NCBI RefSeq assembly: GCF_021028975.2
Contig: NC_059428.1
Location: 8,122,001-8,186,000 of the forward strand
Source of the DNA: Sphaerodactylus townsendi
Lineage: Eukaryota
Direction of reading: 5' to 3'
Length of the DNA: 64,000 bases
The notes under the pieces were generated by a model. It saw nothing but the letters and a program-made list of their open reading frames with translations. It searched no databases and had not been told where the DNA came from. The position numbers and the translations under genes were made by a program. Of the stretch, positions 12,429-26,065 are shown piece after piece (within the stretch, counting starts at the first letter, position 1; every line of letters begins with the position of its first letter).

Positions 12429-13098
12429 ACGCCTGGCAGATGCCCCGATTTGTTGGGAAAGAACAGGGTAAACGTGGAATTGATAAAATAAGTAAGTCAG
12501 TCATTGTACCGTGGCTGGCTCCTTCCCCTTGGCTTGCAGCCTTTGTTTAACTGTTTGTGGGGTGCCGGAAAGGACAGTTTTGCTTGACCGGTAGAAGTGG
12601 AGAAAGGAGCAAAGGATTCCCAGAGGGCCTTTCTGTCTGCTGTGGAGCCACCATAAGGGAAACTGAGGCCTCTGTGCTTAAACTATGAGTTGTAGATGTC
12701 CCAGAGACTGACCAGCAAAGGAAAATTCCTCAAGAGCCCTGCAGCTGGTCAGCCCCTAAGCCCCTCTTCTTCTGTAGCTTCTACAATTGTGCCTTTGACC
12801 TCTTCATGTCCAATTGCAGAAGAGTCCTTGAGACTGGAGACAATAAGCGGACTTGTGATGGCAAGTTAGAAGTTTTTATTGATCACAGCAAGGACCTGGC
12901 TTTGGCAGAATACAGAACATTTATCTGCTCAGGCAAATTCCACCAAAAATTCTCCCCTCCCAAATTCTCACAGAATGCAAAAGGAATGAAACAGGAAGAT
13001 GGTAGTTTGGGAGTGTGAATGTCTCAAGGACAGCACAGCAAGAGTTCTGGCCGCCTGCCACCCCCTCCCTCCGAGGAGGCGCCTCCAGGGTTGCCAAA

Positions 13099-13239
13099 GG
13101 CTCATTCCGCACATGCAGAATAATGCACTTTCAAACTGCTTTCAGTACTCTTTGAAGCTGTGTGGAATGGCAAAATCCACTTGCAAACAGTTGTGAAAGT
13201 GGTTTGAAAATGCATTATTTTGCATGTGCGGAAGGGGCC
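13099..13239. mobile_element. Harbinger-like MITE
   Basis: TIRs ggctcattccgcacatgcagaataatgca / tgcattattttgcatgtgcggaaggggcc. Confidence 0.7.
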
Positions 13240-14299
13240 TTAGTTCACCAAACCTGCAAGCATCAAAGGCAGAGATAGCAAAGAGAAAGGTCCATTCACA
13301 TACCTGAGGCCAGGGCCACTGCTCCTGTCTACCCAGGTGTGAATTCTCACCCCTGCCTTAGCCCCTTTGATGGCAGAGGTCGGTACCTCCTGACACCCGT
13401 CTACCTCAGTGGTGCTATGTTCAAAGCCCTTCTGATTGCTCCAAGTTGCAAAGTTGTTGTGTTTACATTAAATGTTTGTTAACCTTGAATGTTGTTATTC
13501 CCGTACCAAGCCATAAGGATGCTCTCATTTCATTGATGTTAAATTCTCCCCAAATCCTCCCACAGAGATCTATGCAGCCAGGGGGCCCACTCTTGGATGG
13601 GAGACCCCCAAGGGCGTCCAGGAGGCAGGCAAAGGCAAACCACCTCTTGCCTTGAAACGCCTTCCAGGTGGCCATAAGGAGAGTTGCCAACTCTGGGTTT
13701 GAAAAGTCCAGGAGATTTGGGGGTGGAGTTTGGGGAGGGTGGAGTTTGGGGAAGGGGGATCCCCGTATGGCAATCCAGTCCACCCTCCAAAAAAGTCATT
13801 TCCTCCGAGAGAGCTGATCCGTCTCCCGTTCAATTCACAGAGAGAGCTGCACCACTTACTTTTTTCTCCCATCCACACGATGACGCTGTTAGTCAGAAAA
13901 TTGATCCTGAATCTCTTCCCAATTCCGGGGACCCAGGAGATGAGCTTAGAATTTTGTTTTTAAAAAAGACTCTTTTTATTTTGCCAGCGAAAGGAAGAAT
14001 ACAGAGCAACACGTCTCTTTAATGCACTATTCAACTCAGTTAAGTTTCAAGCTATAGTTTAAAGTTCTGTTTATTTCATACATGGTCATGCTAGGTCCAT
14101 GGTGGCAAACCTTTGGCACTCCCGATGTTATGGACTACAATTCCCATCAGCCCCTGCCAGCATGGCCAATTGGGGCTGTCCTAGATGTGGTGGGGGTAGG
14201 GGCTGATGGGAATTGTAGTCCATAACATCTGGAGTGCCAAAGGTTCGCCACCACTGTGCTAGGTGTTCAGCTATTTCATTGGTTAAAAGGGATGGCATA

Positions 14300-14665
14300 T
14301 TTTTTAATTCAAGTGAGCAATTCCCTGACTAACATCTAAAGCTACACTTATCAGAAACTCCTAAAAACACCAATACAACGACCATATCATCCGCAAAAGC
14401 CCCCAGTTTGTATATCTTTGCCTATTTCCAGTCCCCTTATTTTAACTATTTTCATCACTTCTTATATTTCTACTGAGCGTCTCTAAAATCAGTATGAAAA
14501 GCAATGGCGAGAGAGGGCACCCTGCCAAGTTCCCTTTGGTATCTCACATTTTTCAGACATTTCATTGTCTAAAGTTATTTTAGCATATTGTTTAAGATAG
14601 ATTGCCTCTATACCTTTCAAAAAAAAATTCCAAAGCCCATTTTTTCTAATGTACTTAACATAAAT
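14300..14665 (-). mobile_element. L1-type LINE RT fragment
   Basis: Minus-strand KGT.QGCPLSPLLF-like and ADDMV motifs. Confidence 0.7.
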
Positions 14666-14765
14666 GTGAGACGCCTTTTTGGAGAGTAGCTAAGGGGCTA
14701 CTCTCGCCAGGACCTTCCCCCCCCTATGGAAGGGCCAGGTTAGTTGTGACTTGTTCTTGTGCAGA

Positions 14766-14870
14766 CGTAGCCTCAGCGTGTGGGTTTTGTGGGGGCAGAA
14801 CTTGGAATGAATCTTGCACAACAATTTTTAAAAAATTATTTTTACTTTTCGCTTAACATATGTCAACATA
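14766..14870 (-). mobile_element. Degenerate fragment of LTR family A
   Basis: tgggttttgtgggggcagaacttggaatga..caacaatttttaaaa matches the family A end. Confidence 0.65.
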
Positions 14871-15229
14871 GAACTTAGTCCAGGGGCGTACCTAGGCAAA
14901 CTGGTGCCCGGGGACAAAACCTGAGTTTGGCACCACCACCACTCCCCAGCCCGGCATATTAATAAGATCATGGTTTTTTGTGTGTGACTAAGAGCCTATA
15001 ATTAAGTTTCAAATTCCCAGTCGGGAAAACTAGCTTCCTTCTTCTGCTTTCTCTGCATTTTGCATCCTTCTGCCTCGAGAGGCTCCACCCCTTCCTGGCT
15101 CACTTAATATTGGTGGGGGTATATTCAATTTGTTTAGTGTCCAGAGCCCCTAGGGGATGGGGCGGTATAAAAATGTAAACAATAAATAAATAAATAAATA
15201 AAATAAATAATGGGCAAGCCTTACAGTGC

Positions 15230-18100
15230 CCACAAGGGTAATGTCCTAATATGGAAGATGGTAATTTGTTGGACACATGAAAATCTGACTTAACTAGTTG
15301 CTGTTTAAAGGGTAGTGTATAAACAAATTAAAGGGATAAGGTATAAACATTGGCATGTCATTAAAGAAATGCCTGGTTACATGGTTCATCTTTTGTAGGT
15401 TTGGAGCCTCCCAGGAATGTGGAAACTAGCAATTGGTTAAGTCAGATTTTTCATATAATGTCAACACAGAATATCATCTTCAACAGTAGAACATTACCAT
15501 ATTAGTACTAATAAGTCTTAAAATTATCCCTGAACACTAAACAAATTGAATATACCCCCACCCCTACTATATCCTACAGCATCTTGAATCGCCAAAGACC
15601 TATGCAAGGGTCCTCCTCTTTGTTGACTTTAGTTCAGCATTCAATACTATCAGACCGGACATTCTTCTAACCAAACTAAATCAGCTAGCAGTACCCACAG
15701 GCATGTTTGTAGAGTGGATCACAAGCTTCCTAGCAGATAAGAGCAACCCAGGTGAAGTTAGGAAAAATTACATCAGACACCTGTAAAATGAGCACAGGGG
15801 CCCCCCAAGACTGTGTACTTTCACCACTTCTCTTCTCTCTGTATACCAATGACTGCATCTCAAATGATCCATCTATTCAAAATGCACAAGTTTGCAGATG
15901 ATACAAGCAGTGATTGGTCTCATTCAAGTTTCTTGATGAAACACTTATACAGACGGGAGGTTGAACAACTAACCCTCATTGGTGCCACCAGTTAATCTAG
16001 AACTGAACACACACTTAAAAAACCATTAGAAATGGTGGTAGATTTTCAGGAGAGCCACTCCCATCCTACCTCCTCTCACATTACTAGACAACACAGTATC
16101 AACAGTAGAGACCTTTGTTCTAGGCTCCATCATATCTCATGACCTAAAATGGACACCTAATATCAAAAATGTCATTAAAAAAAAAAAAACTTTAACAAGA
16201 ATGTTCTTTCTATAGCTCAGGAAGCTCAGAGCTACTTGAAGGAGCTGCTGATACAGTTCTACAGAGGAATCGACTGAGTCTAATCTGCACCTCTATAACT
16301 GTATGGTTTGGTTCTACCCAACCCAACAAGATCGACACAGACTTCAGAGAATAATCAGAACTGCAGAAAAAACAATTTGCTGCTAACCTGCGCTTCCATT
16401 GAGGACCTGTATACTGCACAGGTCCAAAAAAGGGCTGTAGAAAATATTTACTGACCCCTCGCATCCCTGGACATAAAACTGTTTCAACTCTTACCCTCTA
16501 GCTTGTCAGCTGGAGAGCACTGCACACTAGAGACAAGCAGCTAGACATAAGGAACAGTTTTTTTCCCAGTGCCATCACTCTGTTAAACAAATAATTCCCT
16601 CGATATTAATGTCAAGCTATTTGTTATATATTTGTTATATAATTACTGCCACTACTTTTTTCATCATTCCCTATTACCCATATCCTCTAATTATGACTGT
16701 ATGACTATAGCCTGTGCAGAAGCATTTCATTTTATTTTATGATTTTACATTTTATGTTTTTATTACTATTGATTGTTTCCTGATTGCTTACTAGACCTAT
16801 ATGACAATCATTAAGTGCTGTACCTTATGATTCTTGACAAATGTATTTTCTTTTATGTACACTGAGAGCATATGCACCGGAGACAAATTCCTTGTGTGTC
16901 CAATCACACTTGGCCAATAAAGATTCTATTCTATTCTATTCTATTCAATATTAAATGGAAACTGAACCAATTCACCAACTGTTCCATAAAATGGTCTGTA
17001 AATGTGATTTTCTGCCCATGTAATCTGCCCTATGTTGGAATGACATGTCGTGCCATAAGAACACACATTTCAGAGCATAGTAGTACAATGAAACATGCGT
17101 GTCTGAACCCATGGTGGAACATTTTCTGGACTTTAATCATGGTCCCAGGGATTTTAAATTTTGCATTGTATGTGCATATGATCATATTAAGAATTCTCAA
17201 GTAGATGTTAGAACATTACTCCTGTGTGAGGAATCTAAACGGATCTATAAATTCAATTCATATTAAACACTGAGTTTGATTTATCTTGTTTTCTTGTTTC
17301 ATCGTTGTTTATCTTGTTTATCTTGTTTCATCGTTGTATTGCTTTATTCATCTGTCTTACATGGTTTAAATATAGAAAAGACTGAGTTTGCAAACTCATA
17401 CAAAATAAATACTTTTCTTAATTGGTTAATACCCACCTGAGTGAATCCTTAATTTATTTAAGGATGCTTAGAAGGTTCTCTTTATACTACACCTGATCGT
17501 GTCCTGGATTTAATGCTTTAGGAACTGTTGAAAGTTGCTGTGTTGATGTGGCATTGAATTACCCAATGTAATTCCATGTGCACATAATTATAGTAATATT
17601 TTTACGTTGTGTTTGGAATATTGTACAATCTAGTTTTGCTTTCTATTGTCACAGCGCAGAGATCTACTACTGTACCTAGTGGTCACAGCATTCTACTGAG
17701 GAAGAGCACATGAAAACATCTACTTATCGCGAATGGTGTTTTCGAATGCCTCATTCTGAATTTTTGCACTCCTAAAGGTGTACAGCTATTGTAACAACTA
17801 ACGTAAGTCCCTTATGTATGCTGGTAGTAAAGAACTGTATCTGTAAATTGAATCTATGTTGTATTACACAGTAAAAACAAAAATAATTCCTAAATCATAA
17901 TTGTTACTATGTACACTGTTCTATCTTTGCATATGTATATTGTTAGTGGCTATATTTTTTGTATTTATGTATGCTCATAACTGTTTTAAATAGTAGTGCA
18001 CTCATATTCACTTTTCAGTTCACTTAGTAAATTAGTAAGCATCGAAGTTTGTGTGTTTGTGTTTTTAAGCAGCAGCATTGGCAGTGTCTTTTGTTTATTT
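15230..18100 (+). mobile_element. Penelope-like element (GIY-YIG endonuclease), interrupted by the Rex1 LINE
   Basis: NCS...IFCPCNLPYVGMTCRAIRTHISEH at ~16975-17080; upstream remnants KHWHVI and LVKSDF at ~15345-15450; AT-rich 3' region. Boundaries approximate. Confidence 0.7.
15541..16946 (+). mobile_element. Rex1/Babar-type LINE 3' fragment
   Basis: ILQHLESPKTYARVL..FVDFSSAFNTI, PQ.CVLSPLLF, KFADDT; 3' ttggccaataaa(ATTCT)n tail. Confidence 0.82.
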
Positions 18101-18196
18101 TTAATTGCTACTCGTACACTAAACTCCTATTTATAGTGTGTAACATTGTACAGTAATCCCACCTTGATGTTGCCAAGATATTTGTGATGTTGATCC

Positions 18197-19144
18197 TTAG
18201 GGGCTCTTGGGTGAGACTATTCTGAGGATCCTGCTGTAGATTTGATTTGTTTTGATGCTGTAAATGATGGGGTTCATCAAGGGAGGGAGGAGGATGTAGA
18301 TGTTGCCCATGATGACGTGGAGAAGGGGAGAGGCGTGCCGGCCAAAGCGGTGCACGATGGAGAGCCCGAGCACCGGAACGTAGAAGACCAGGACGGCACA
18401 GACGTGGGAGACGCAGGTGCCCAGGGCCTTGTAGTGGCCATCAGCCCCAGAGGTCATGCCCAGGACCGCCTTCAGGATCAGGCTGTAGGAGATGAGGATG
18501 AAGAGGAGATCGGAGCCCATGGTGAGGAAGATGAGGATGAGAGCATAAAGGCTGTTGAAACTTGTGTTGGCACATGCCAAGCGTATCAAGTCCTGATGTA
18601 GACAGTAGGAGTGAGAAAGGGTTGCGTCCCGACAGTAGGGGAACTGTAGAACGAAAGGCAGGAGAGGCAATAGGAGCACGGTGCTTCTCAGCAGAAGAAT
18701 CAGCCCAGATGTGGCCACTCTGCTGGAGGTCACCAGAAGTGCGTACCTCAGAGGGAAGCGAATGGCCAGGAAGCGGTCTATGGCCATGGCAAAGAGCACA
18801 GCAGACTCCATGAAGGAGAAGGAGTGGACGATGAACAGCTGAGAAATACACACATATACGCTGACCTTCCTCAGCTGGAACCAGAGGACTCCCATGACGG
18901 TGGGCACGGTGGTGAGGCAGAGCCCCAGGTCGGTGGTAGCCAGCATGGCCAGGAAGTAATACATGGGCTGGTGCAGACCAGGCTCAGTCCAGATGACATA
19001 CAGAATGGTGCAGTTGCCCAGGGTGGCAACCAGGTAAGCAGAAAAGATGGGGATGCCGATCCAGTGGTGAACCATCTCCAGCCCTGGGAAGCCACTTAGA
19101 CCAAGCACTGGTTTGCTGGCGTTGGCGGAGGTGAATGACGCCAT
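18197..19144 (-). CDS. Class I olfactory receptor, OR51-like (intact, 315 aa)
   Basis: LHQPMYYFL, MAIDRFLAIRFPLRY, HSYCLHQDLIRLAC (OR51-type), KALGTCVSHVCAV, PPLMNPIIYSIKT. Confidence 0.95.
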   Translation of the reverse strand: MASFTSANASKPVLGLSGFPGLEMVHHWIGIPIFSAYLVATLGNCTILYVIWTEPGLHQPMYYFLAMLATTDLGLCLTTVPTVMGVLWFQLRKVSVYVCISQLFIVHSFSFMESAVLFAMAIDRFLAIRFPLRYALLVTSSRVATSGLILLLRSTVLLLPLLPFVLQFPYCRDATLSHSYCLHQDLIRLACANTSFNSLYALILIFLTMGSDLLFILISYSLILKAVLGMTSGADGHYKALGTCVSHVCAVLVFYVPVLGLSIVHRFGRHASPLLHVIMGNIYILLPPLMNPIIYSIKTNQIYSRILRIVSPKSP

Positions 19145-19401
19145 TGTGACTCACCAGTAGCACTCTCCAGATCCTCTGTGGAATTCCAAGTGGTGGGGGG
19201 ACTTTTGCATCCAGAAGGAACCAGATTTTCAAGTTCCAACCTGAATGATTCCTCACATTGCTGATCGGATGGCAGGGAAGAAGGACTCTTGACTTCAGGA
19301 GACGCTGGTCATCAGATGTCAGATTATCTAGATAGGCTTTGAATAAGCATCAATGAACAGGGTGAGGAAGCAGGCCAATTGTCACAGAGCATTTCCTAGA
19401 G

Positions 19402-19541
19402 CAGGGGTCTGCAACCTGTGGCTCTCCAGATGTTCATGGACTGTAATTCCCATCAGCCCCTGGCCAATTGGCCATGCTGGCAGGGGCTGATGGGAATTGT
19501 AGTCCATGAACATCTGGAGAGCCACAGGTTGCAGACCCGTG
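19402..19541. mobile_element. Palindromic hAT-type MITE
   Basis: Near-perfect hairpin with CAG...TG ends and 8-bp TSD TCCTAGAG. Relatives: 5789-5936, 14097-14256 (TSD TGCTAGGT), 35776-35912, 38234-38371, 63083-63220; partials at ~31965, ~37325, ~37845, ~51776, ~63430. Confidence 0.9.
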
Positions 19542-19620
19542 TCCTAGAGGGATCTATTCAGCTGTACCCCAGCTGAAATTATATCCAGGGTTAGCTGTTT
19601 GGGGTCAGCCTCAGGATACC

Positions 19621-22600
19621 TGTAAGGAATTCCATAGACGCAGAAATAAAAGGCTTTGGTAGTGAAAGTCCATTTATTAAGACATCTTAGAAAGCTCAGA
19701 GTTACCTGCGCAGTGCTTGGGAGACAGCACTTCCGCCAGAAGCACAGGTTATAATACCGTCCTGTCCCCTTCACAGTTCCCATGGGAGCCCAGACTTGTC
19801 TGTATGAGATAAAGTCTCGCCCGATGCATCCCTGGCCCATCGCCAGGGCTGTGGAATGCACTCCAAAGGTTACTTCACCATCAACACCATTTAGATCCTT
19901 TACTCTACCTCCCACGAGGCCCTTCCCCTGGGTTTATAAGGCTGACAAGAAATAAGGGTGGGGGCTTCAATGTTTCAGATAAACCCATTGATTATACAGA
20001 GATATCCCACCCAAGAAACTAAATATTACAGCGGTTCACGGTCGCTTGAGAGTCCAGGATAAGCAATCTAATTTCCTGTAGATGCTTGCTTGGCCATCAA
20101 TGAAAATAGTCGGAGGGGCCTCTCCAGTAGTGCATTGCCAGACATCGAGCCGAAGAACCTCCTTGACAAGCTGGAATGGAGAGACAGGATGGATGTACTA
20201 AGAGAGTTGGCAAATCCTAAGCGGGCAGTGACATGTTAATCACTTTGTAGTAATCTGAAAAGGTCCCACAAATCTTAGGTGGAAAAGATTTATGCCACGT
20301 CTCCCAAGGATTTTTTGTAGGTATTTACCCAGAGACCCTGCGGAAATCAGGCCCGGTGTTTATCCGCTTGCAGTTTTAGAGTCCTTTTGCTTGCTGTAAA
20401 AGGCTGATTCTGGACCGACTTCCATCCCTCGACTAGGAAGAAATCCATTGGTGGGAGATTCTAGAGGTGCATGCTTCTTTCACGGGTAGTTGTGTGCCTT
20501 GGCCGGGAAGGAAGCGACCAGACACAATTTCAAAGGGGGTTTCTTTGTACTACTATGAACCCGCATTGTTGTAGTACTCCGCCATGGAATAAGCTCGCAC
20601 CAATTGTCTTAGTGGTAGTTGGTGTAACAAGCGTAAATACTGCTCTGAGGTTCTGTTCATTCCCTCGTCACCGCGTCCTTTGAGCATTAATGGTAGAGTG
20701 ACGGCACAGAGCTGACTCCCAACAACCCCAAAGCGCTTTCCAAGAACTTTGAGATGAATTAGGGGCCTTGGTGGAGACCACCTTAGCAGGGGAGCAGAGA
20801 ATGGGGCAGTAGAAACATGTTGAATAAACAGCCGTGCCAACTTAGAACGGGGATGGGAAGCACATGGAATGAAAATGGGCTTGCTTAGAGAACAAGTCTA
20901 CCACCACCCATAAAACCGTGTTGCCATGACTTTGGGCAAATCTGTAATGCAATCCCATGGAGATGACCCCAGGGCAGAGGCTTCTGGAGGGTTTCAACAG
21001 TCCATGGGGGCTTTCCCAGGATGGTTTTGGCTTCTCACACAAACCGAGGCAGCCTCTAGTAAGCAACCTCAATGTCCTTGCGCGTGCAGCGCCACAGAAC
21101 TACCCGGGCTAAGTGCAGAGTTTTCAAAAGCCAAAGATGTCCAGCCCGAGCGGGCATGTTGCTTGGCTTCAAGGGCTTGCTTGCCGGAGGGGAGAGCGCG
21201 TACCAACATTCCCCCTCCATGAAACTCCATTCTCAAAGCGCGGTGGGAGGTCCCCTTCAGCGCTGGGGCTCATGCAGCCCGCCTCCTCAATTTCCGCGGG
21301 AAAGGAGAGGCAGAGACTGGGAGCGGTGGGTGGAGAGGGGAAGACGTTTTGAGATCGGGTGACAGCCAGCAACTGGGAGGAGGAAAGAACAGTGCGTGGA
21401 ATGTCACCGCGAGGGCAGCTCCACCCCCACCTCTCCGGGTAGGGCAGCGGCCGCGTCAGCCAGTTTGTTGGTTTTCCAGGGGAAAAAATGGACTGTAAAG
21501 AGAAGCGAGAAAGAAATCATTACTTGAAGTTGTTGCGGACATCTTGAGGGGTGGAAAGAGCTGCCAGGTTTTATGATCGACCAAACTTGAAAGGGTGCCC
21601 AGCCCCTCCAATGGTGAAATACAGAGTGGGGGGGTGCTGCTTTTGGTGGCCGCCCAGTCTCTTTTGCTCCCACAGTCCAGTTAGGTTCGGCAATTTTTTA
21701 GAACAAATAAGCACTACGGAACCAGTCTACCATCTTTTATTTTTTTCTGCAACAGGGCTGCCCCGAGTGCTTCTCCGGCGTCCCAGTGAACCACAAGCCC
21801 GGGAGAGATCTGGGTGGGTCTTTAGGATAGGTTGATTAGTAGCATGATTTAATAGTTGAAAGGCTGTTTGACATTCCTCAAGATTCAGAAGAGGGCAGCC
21901 CCGGTTTGTGGGACGGTGAAAGATCTTTACCCTTAGTGCAGCCAAGAGGTCTGGCTGAGAGGAGAGTCAGTTCAGCAAATTGGGGTATAAAATCACAGTA
22001 GAAATTAGCAGGAAACCAAAGAAGCGACTGGAGTTCTTTGCGGTTGGTGGGGGCGAACCATTGGAGGACTACATCAATTTGAGATCATTTTAAGCCTCGG
22101 GCGAGATCAAATTAGCAAATAGTCAATGGAGGTCTGATGAAAACAACGTTTGAGTTTGGCAAAGAGAGAGTTGTCAAACAAGCGTTTCCAATACCTCTGG
22201 GACAGCTTGTTTCATGCTCTTCTATAGTTTACGGTAGAATTAAGCAATCATCTAAATGCTTACAACAACTCCCCTTGTACGGTAAATCCTTGGAGGACCC
22301 CGTTGATAAGGGCCATATGCAAGCTCAGGGGCCTGCCAACGAATGGCATTATTAAATATTCAAACTGGCTCAAACTTTGTATTAAAAGCGCGGTCCAGTG
22401 TTCATATCCTTCAGCAAGTTCTCTGACCTCTGTAGTAAGCTTCTCTCAAGTCTAATTTAGTAAAAATCGTCCTTTGCGAGTGCATCTAAAAGGTCCCCTT
22501 GATGAGCAAGGATATTTATTGGACAGGAGACCCCGCGTGAGACCTCGATAATCTGTACAAAGCCGTAGAGACCCATCTTTCTTTGACAAATAAGCAGGAG

Positions 22601-25600
22601 GACTTGGCGTGTGTGTGTTTGGTAGCCGCGTATGAACTGACTAGTTCTTATGTCTAAGAAAGCAAGAGTTCCTTCTCCTCATTGGGTTTTCATCACGGTG
22701 GAGTTCACCCAGCCAAGGCGGTTCGCCCTGGTTGTATGACCGTTTACGAGTCCAGTGTCTCTGTGGGGTGGCAGTTAGTGTCGCATTCTGCTCCTGAAAG
22801 CTCTGGCTGAATCCTGATATGCAGGTGGGATGTCAATAGAATCGGGAGCAATCACTGAGGAAGCCAGAGGAGGGAATTATCAGGAGGCGTTGGATTTCTT
22901 TAATTCATGCTGTTCCACATGGGGCAGGTCAGTGAATTCGGTCCTTTCTTTCAAATGAATTTTGGTTCATGTAACAACAATAAGGCATGCCAAAGGCTAT
23001 GGAGTGTTTTGTGCTATTAAGTGAAACTAATTTTCTCCCAATGGTCAGTAGCGGAGGAGAACCGGCTGTGTTTTGAATTGGGCGGTCCTTCCGTTCGAGG
23101 GGCTGCCGTCCATTTGGAGTGAATGGGTTATGGGCTTGTGGAGAATTGATCAGACCTACGCTCCTCTACCACCTGGGGAGCGCATTAAGCTGATGGGAAC
23201 AGCGGAATCCACAAGGGCCGGGGCTATAATCACGAGTGTGTTTAAGCAGGTTGTGAAATCGCAGGCTTGAGTAATGGGAAGCGCTGCCTTGCTCCGCGTC
23301 CAGGTGGACCCCATGTCCATGGGGGCTGAAGAAGACAGACAGCTACTTCCCCTCCTCTGGGTCGCCTTCGGTCACCACTTTAGACAGAGCCAGTGGGAGA
23401 AGGCGGCCCCAATCACGTGGTGGTTTGGCAGGCCAGTCTGTGAACTGGAAGCGGTTGGTTTTGCTTCTTGGGACAGTTGGCTGATGGCTGGCCCTCCGCG
23501 GTAAAGACACAACCCAAGTCGGCGGCGTTCAGAGGAGTGGTTTCGGTAGAAGTGACTGGGCTTGACTTGAGTGGGCACAGTAGTGTGGTTTTTGAGTGAA
23601 GCGGCCTCCTTGTGGCGTATTCCAAGCGAGGCCACTTGGAGACCCAAACTGGATCCAATCTACAGTAGATTACGAGGGCAGATTAAAACACGGTTTCCAC
23701 GTGGCACTATCCACAGCATCCGAAGTATTCGCATCCTCTCATGCGTTCCGGAGCCACTCAGGAGTCAAGCAGCCGCCCTTGCAGAATTCCACGGACAAAT
23801 TCCGCAAGCGGGGTTGCCTTGCTGGATGGTTTTAATTAGTCTTGGTTCAGCTTCATTCTAAGCCTGGATCTTGTAGCGCTCTAAAGCAAGATGCGAAGAC
23901 TGCAATGCGAAGTCCTCATCCTGCAAATCCAAGTGATCCACGCGAACCAGTCGACTGCCGCCCCATCTGGGACTAGGCAGTGTCCACGTATTTTTTTAGC
24001 GTTCAGACGAGGTAGAGATCATCGCCGTCTTCAAGTGGGCATTGAGTTGCAAGATGAAGTAGGAAGTTTAGGCGGTCCCATCAAAAGCCAGGCTGGTATG
24101 TCGGGGGGGCAATGGCCCCAAATGTGCAAACAGGAAATTGATTTAAGCTGGCTGAGCAGGTTGGGCAGGGGGGGCTGGAATGGCTGGCCGAGTTACCGCT
24201 GGCATTTGGGTGGCAGGACCAGATGCGTGGCTAATACCCGGCGCCGATCAGTAACAGCATAGATTTCCAACTTGCAGCCCTCTGGTCTGCCTCCCTTGGT
24301 TCCCTCTGCCAGCTCCCCTCTCGCCGCGAGCCAATGCATCTTGGTCACTTGCTGAAAGCAGCTTTCCATCTAATTTAAAGCGGATTCGTCCCGTTTAAGG
24401 GGCTTCGGGTAAAGTTCACTGCGATGCGCAGAGCCTGGAGCAGCTTTACGCATTTACCGTTATGAAATCCAGTCTGGACTGTTCCAGGACTTTATCATGG
24501 ATGAAGAAACCCAGATTCTGGGCATATTGCCGTTGGAGGCCCCAGCGTCTTTGCTTTGGTCCAGCTCGGGCTGGGCTTCTTTCTAGCGTTGCTGTTCGGT
24601 CCCTCTGCGGGGTTTATCCTGCTGCAACTGTACATTCCTCTCCATAGCTGGCGTTCCGCGGTTCCATGCAGCTTAAGGCCGAGTCGCCTACTTCCTCATC
24701 CAGTCTTCTCTCGATGGGAGAGGAAGCAGTCCGACTGAATGCAGGCTCTTCAGACTCTTAGGTCATCAGAGCGAGGCCTCCCAGGGCCCACCCGGCGCGT
24801 ATGCGGTGGCTCCCCAGGCACCTCAGGTGCAGTCGCTTGAGACCCGGGATAGGGGGGGGGGGTCCGATTGGGGCAGTGCGGATACCCCTCCCAATTCAGG
24901 TTGAGTCCGGTGTCCTTGGATGAAGACCCCCCCCAGTGCCATGCCGGTGGTTCCTTAGAGGAGCATCCACCCAAAATGTCCTGAGTCAGGAGATACATTT
25001 TCAATGGATTGCCTAGGACACACGCTATGAAAGGTAAGTCAGGCCACGTCTCACTAAGGCTGTAGGTTGCATCTGAAGGTTATAATCCACCACGAGCGGG
25101 TGAAATCCGATCCACAGGCGCTCGATCATGAACAAGCGCCCCAAGCGACTCCACGGAAGTCCCCATGAGTGATGCGTCCGTCCCACCGTTCTGGAGTAAA
25201 GGCAGACTCGTACTGATCACGGAATGGAAGAGCCACCAGCAAACCCGTTCTCCTGCTGGTTCCACTCCAGATCCAGAAGGGAAAGGTCGGAGCCCTCTTT
25301 AGGGGCTACCGCACCTTCGCGAAGTAGATTCCAACCTCTCCCTTCCATAGAGACAAGAGGTCCACTGCACAGGAATATAGATGAATTAAGATTCCTGCCA
25401 CAGTATAGAATTCCCATAGGCAGCAGAAATAAAGGAAGGCTTTGGTAGTGAAAGTCCGTTTTATTAAGACATCTTAGAAGCTCAAATTTTAGCAGTGCCT
25501 GCAGGAATGACACTTCCCGCCAGAAGCACAGGTTATAATACCATTCACTTACATCCCTTCCGTTCCCACATGGGAGCAGGAGACTTCATCATCAGCATAA

Positions 25601-25692
25601 GATAAAGTCTCCGCACGTGCATCTGGCTTATCTGCCAGACTGTGGAATGCACTCAAGGTTACTTCACCATCAACACCATTGAATCCTTTACA
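19621..25692 (-). mobile_element. Full-length Ty3/Gypsy LTR retrotransposon (chromovirus/Sushi-like), frameshifted
   Basis: LTRs at ~19621-19904 and ~25403-25692; outer ends TGTAAGGA...TCCTTTACA; 5-bp TSD ATACC (19616-19620 / 25693-25697). PPT next to 19905 and TGG PBS-like start at ~25400 on the minus strand. Minus-strand fragments: zinc-knuckle region (RRRLGLCLY), protease (ALVDS), RT (LDD, ~22250), RT/RNaseH linker (CQTAFQLL..PIL..HPD), integrase (WVVVDLFSKQAHF), chromodomain (ILDS..YLVSWVGY, ~20000-20060). Confidence 0.92.
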
Positions 25693-26065
25693 ATACCCCA
25701 AATAAGCAAAAACTGTCCTGAAATTCTGAGGGTAATGAAGATTTATTTTCTGGAATTTGGGGAGTGTTTCAAAGTTTGTGGGATTTAGAGGAGTGGGGAG
25801 AGAAAATGGAGTGGGAAATAGCAGTTAATCGGCACCCATCTTCCCTTGAGAAGAGACAGCTGATACTCTGGTAGACCTGGCCCCTGCCTTTGCCCTCTGC
25901 GTTTCCAAAGGAAAAGGACTCAGTAAACAAAATGGCCAGCTGGTTGCTGAACTACTGAAAGGTGTGGCTGTTGCCGCGGCTATTTCCTCCTCTATAACCA
26001 GGCGGGCTTTCTTTAAAAATCAGCAATTTAATAGAATTATATCAATATCAGCAGTGAGAGAGAAA

